IMG/VR virus record: IMGVR_UViG_3300022858_000345
Span: 8,602 to 72,601 of that record
Length of the DNA stretch: 64,000 bases
Source of the DNA: a virus
Strand: one strand, 5' to 3'
Below are positions 61,163 to 64,000 of this stretch, piece by piece; positions within the stretch are counted from its first letter, which is position 1; each line of letters begins with the position of its first letter. The notes below the pieces were generated by a model, which was not told the DNA's origin, searched no databases, and saw only the letters and a list, made by a program, of their open reading frames with translations. The position numbers and the translations under genes were made by a program.

Positions 61163-64000
61163 ATGTCAATTACATCATATTTATTAAATGGAAATGAGGC
61201 TAACAACAGTGCTAAAGAGGTTGGAGGCGGTTTTCAATTAATGGCTTCAGAAGGTGTTTTAAACACTTCGGGAACTAATCAAGATTTTGAAGTAACGGAA
61301 AGTGCAGTACCAGCAATGACTGTAGCAGTCGCAGATGGAGCGGTTCACGTACAGTATACGAAAGACGCAGAAACTTGGAAAGTTATTAATATCAGTGATG
61401 CAGTAGCTACTTTAAATATAACTGCTAATACTTCGGGTTCTAATAGGATAGACGCTGTTATTATTCACATGCTTCAAGATGCTCCTGATAATTTAAAGGA
61501 TAACGTGGGAGAATTAGTAGTTATTCCTGGTTCAGGTATAACCGCTTTATTAGATGCGGATATTGATAATGCTATTGGAGATGCGAATTGGTATAGACTA
61601 GCTGATGTAACAGTTGCAAATGGAGCGGTTACTATATTAGATGCTAGTATAACTGATACGAGAGCTGGAATTGCTTTAGAAGGAATGGTAGACACGACAA
61701 ACGATCAAACGGTTGGAGGAGTAAAAACATTTTCTTCTTTCCCTGTTACTCCTAGTACAGCCCCTACAACTAATTATCAGGCGGCAAATAAAAAATATGT
61801 TGATGATAATGTAGGTTCTGCTCCTGTGCAGGTTACATATACTGCTGAGGAAGCAATGGATATAGGTAAACCTGTTTCAGCTTCAAGTATTGCTGGACAG
61901 GCTTTAAATATGGTTAAAAATTCTTTAAATAATCCAGGAACAGTCGGAACTGTATCTGCAAATAATTGCGGTTTTACAGATGCTTGTAATATAGACGATA
62001 ATGTTGCGGCAGTTATTTATACTAATAATACAGACAATAAAGTATATCTAGCAGGTGTTTCAGTAGACCCATATAAAGAGCCTACTATGGGAACCCCTGT
62101 AGAGGTACAAAGTGTTACAGCTAATCTCCTTAGAATATGTAAGGTTGGTACTAATAAAGTTGCGGTAATTTATCTTAGAAATGCTAACGCCACTTTATAC
62201 TCAAGAATTGCTACCTTTGTAGGAACAGTTCCTACTCTTGGTGCGGAGTTAATCGTAAGTGCAATAGGAGGAATGGATACTGCTTACCATTATGCGGCAG
62301 ATATTACGGCAATAGGTACAGACAGAATTGTGGTAGCTTGGAGAGATAATAATTTGGCAGATGCAGGAAGTATAGTAGCTTCTACATTAACTGGAACAAC
62401 TATTGACGCGTATAGTGTTGTGCAAACTTTTGAAGCGGGTACTGTAAAATATGTATCTCTTTCAAAAAATAGTGCAACTGCTGGGGTAGTGTTTTATCAA
62501 GATGGAGGAGATTCTAATCATGGTAAAGGACATGCTTTTTCAATAGCAGGAACAGTTATTACATTAAATGGAACTCCTGTAGATTTTGAAACTAATGGAA
62601 CTTGTCAATATATAGATTCTTCTTATATTGAGGATAATAATATTTTATTGACTTGGAATTATCTTACAGACGTTTTTGGAGCAATAGCTTCACTTTCAGG
62701 TTTGACTATTAGTTATGGAGCAGTGACTACTATTTATGATAGTGCTTCTACTCCTGCAAAGACTGTGAATGTGGTTATAGATACTACACATGCCTTTTTA
62801 GTCACTGAAGATGGTGGAACTAATAGTGGGCATTTATTTGATTTAACTTTAGATACTGCGGCTAATACAGTTACTAATGATGATAGATTAATTTATAACA
62901 CTTTAAATAGTGGAGGTAATATTGAATATCCGTCTATAGCTAAATTAGGAGATCGTTCTCAGTTTATAGCTTTTTTCCAAGATGAGGATGATACTAATAA
63001 ATTGAAGTGTGAGGCTTATCAGGTTTATGATAATTCTGACTCTTTAATTGGTTTTGCTTCCTCTACAGTAGTAGCTACTGATCCAATTGCTGTTAGAAGC
63101 AAAGGTGAAATGGATAATCAAACTGTCACATTAACCCCTGGTCTATCTGTATACGTACAAGGAGGCGGTGAGATGGGACACGCTGAAACAGATATTAGAG
63201 TAGGTGTAGCAAATGCTACTGATACTATTGATTTAGATATAGATAGAAAATTTTTAAACTTAGGTGTAGGTGATGGTTCAGATGGGCCTTTAGTAATAGC
63301 ATCAGGAACTACTTATCTAAATTTAGGACAAGTATATAATTTCAGCTCTATAAGTCTTTCTGGTGGAGCTACTTTAGCTTTTACAGGAGATGAAGACGCT
63401 GCTTTAGTTAATTGTTTAGGGAATTGTACCTTAGCTGGAACTGTGGAACTTAGAAATTCAGTTACAGATCGTTTAGGTATTATAACACAAAGATTTAATT
63501 TAACTACTGGTGATGGCTTTAGCTTTACTGCTTCAGAAGGAGGAGTTGGTGGAGTTGGTGCTTTTGGAGGAGGGGCTGGTGGAGATGGTGATGCGGCTTC
63601 AGGTAGTCCTGGTACAGGAGGAGCTGGTGGAGCATTAAGTACTATTGGAGCAGACGGAGAAGGTGGAAACTCAACCGTTGGTGGAGGAGGAGGAGGCGGC
63701 GGAGGAGGAAACTTAGGAGTAGGTTCTGCTGGGTCAACTACTGCAAATGATAATGGAGGTAATGGGGGTACGCCTGGTAGTGGAAATGATGGCCCTGGAG
63801 GAGGGGGAGCTGGAGGAGCTATTAATAGTGGAAATGGGGGAACTGGTGCGGCGGGTGCAAGTACTGGGTCAGGAAATGGTTCTGGAGGGCAGGGAGGAGC
63901 AGGAGGAAATTCTGGTCCTGATGGAGGAAATGGAGGACTTGGTGGAACTGGGGGTAATAGTTCCGTTAATGCGCCCTCTATAGCTGGAGGACTTGCTGGA
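61163..64000 (+). CDS. Tail fibre/receptor-binding protein with Gly-rich region (3' truncated by the window edge; missing from the ORF track)
   Basis: ATG at 61163 gives MSITSYLLNG..., with MTVAVADG, NRIDAV, DQTVGGVKTF and AANKKYVDD motifs, and the same frame carries GGxGG repeats near the window end. Confidence 0.8.
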   Translation, partial: MSITSYLLNGNEANNSAKEVGGGFQLMASEGVLNTSGTNQDFEVTESAVPAMTVAVADGAVHVQYTKDAETWKVINISDAVATLNITANTSGSNRIDAVIIHMLQDAPDNLKDNVGELVVIPGSGITALLDADIDNAIGDANWYRLADVTVANGAVTILDASITDTRAGIALEGMVDTTNDQTVGGVKTFSSFPVTPSTAPTTNYQAANKKYVDDNVGSAPVQVTYTAEEAMDIGKPVSASSIAGQALNMVKNSLNNPGTVGTVSANNCGFTDACNIDDNVAAVIYTNNTDNKVYLAGVSVDPYKEPTMGTPVEVQSVTANLLRICKVGTNKVAVIYLRNANATLYSRIATFVGTVPTLGAELIVSAIGGMDTAYHYAADITAIGTDRIVVAWRDNNLADAGSIVASTLTGTTIDAYSVVQTFEAGTVKYVSLSKNSATAGVVFYQDGGDSNHGKGHAFSIAGTVITLNGTPVDFETNGTCQYIDSSYIEDNNILLTWNYLTDVFGAIASLSGLTISYGAVTTIYDSASTPAKTVNVVIDTTHAFLVTEDGGTNSGHLFDLTLDTAANTVTNDDRLIYNTLNSGGNIEYPSIAKLGDRSQFIAFFQDEDDTNKLKCEAYQVYDNSDSLIGFASSTVVATDPIAVRSKGEMDNQTVTLTPGLSVYVQGGGEMGHAETDIRVGVANATDTIDLDIDRKFLNLGVGDGSDGPLVIASGTTYLNLGQVYNFSSISLSGGATLAFTGDEDAALVNCLGNCTLAGTVELRNSVTDRLGIITQRFNLTTGDGFSFTASEGGVGGVGAFGGGAGGDGDAASGSPGTGGAGGALSTIGADGEGGNSTVGGGGGGGGGGNLGVGSAGSTTANDNGGNGGTPGSGNDGPGGGGAGGAINSGNGGTGAAGASTGSGNGSGGQGGAGGNSGPDGGNGGLGGTGGNSSVNAPSIAGGLAG

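Noticed and set aside
63747-63983. 78-aa ORF in the track
   Set aside because: It is an off-frame reading of the Gly-rich part of the long fibre gene starting at 61163.
1-64000. Alternative genetic code (TGA or TAG reassigned)
   Set aside because: Conserved genes are full length in the standard code; TGA and TAG end genes at sensible places, including ATGA overlaps.

Overview
This window is a 64-kb, AT-rich segment of a tailed dsDNA (siphovirus-like) phage or prophage genome, almost entirely coded on the + strand and cut inside a gene at both ends. The replication and recombination module comes first: an initiator with internal 22-bp iterons, a DnaC-like loader, a T7 gp4-like primase-helicase, a RuvC-like resolvase, an SF2 helicase and a family A DNA polymerase. 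Next is a 7-deazaguanine/DNA-modification region (one intact QueE, two degenerate QueE-like proteins, QueD, a PRTase, a QueC-like PP-loop protein, a ParB-like protein and an amino-MTase), with two aberrant tRNA-like RNAs and many small ORFs. A peptidase-SLH gene, the packaging and head genes, an ~8-kb block of fibre/decoration-like genes, and the neck, tail, tape measure and tail-tip genes follow. The most striking feature is four inteins, in the helicase, the polymerase, the large terminase and the head morphogenesis protein. Three of them carry a DUF559/Vsr-like endonuclease that is not in the intein frame but is a separate overlapping gene (two in the +1 frame, one antisense). All four inteins contain a sigma70-like promoter placed to express the endonuclease independently of the host gene; three promoters are near-consensus and one is weaker. 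Other notable points are an HNH cassette that duplicated or replaced the polymerase 3' end at motif C, a Com-like Zn-ribbon gene beside a structured leader, and a probable Acb2/Tad1-like sponge protein. All calls come from reading motifs by eye; no database searches were run.
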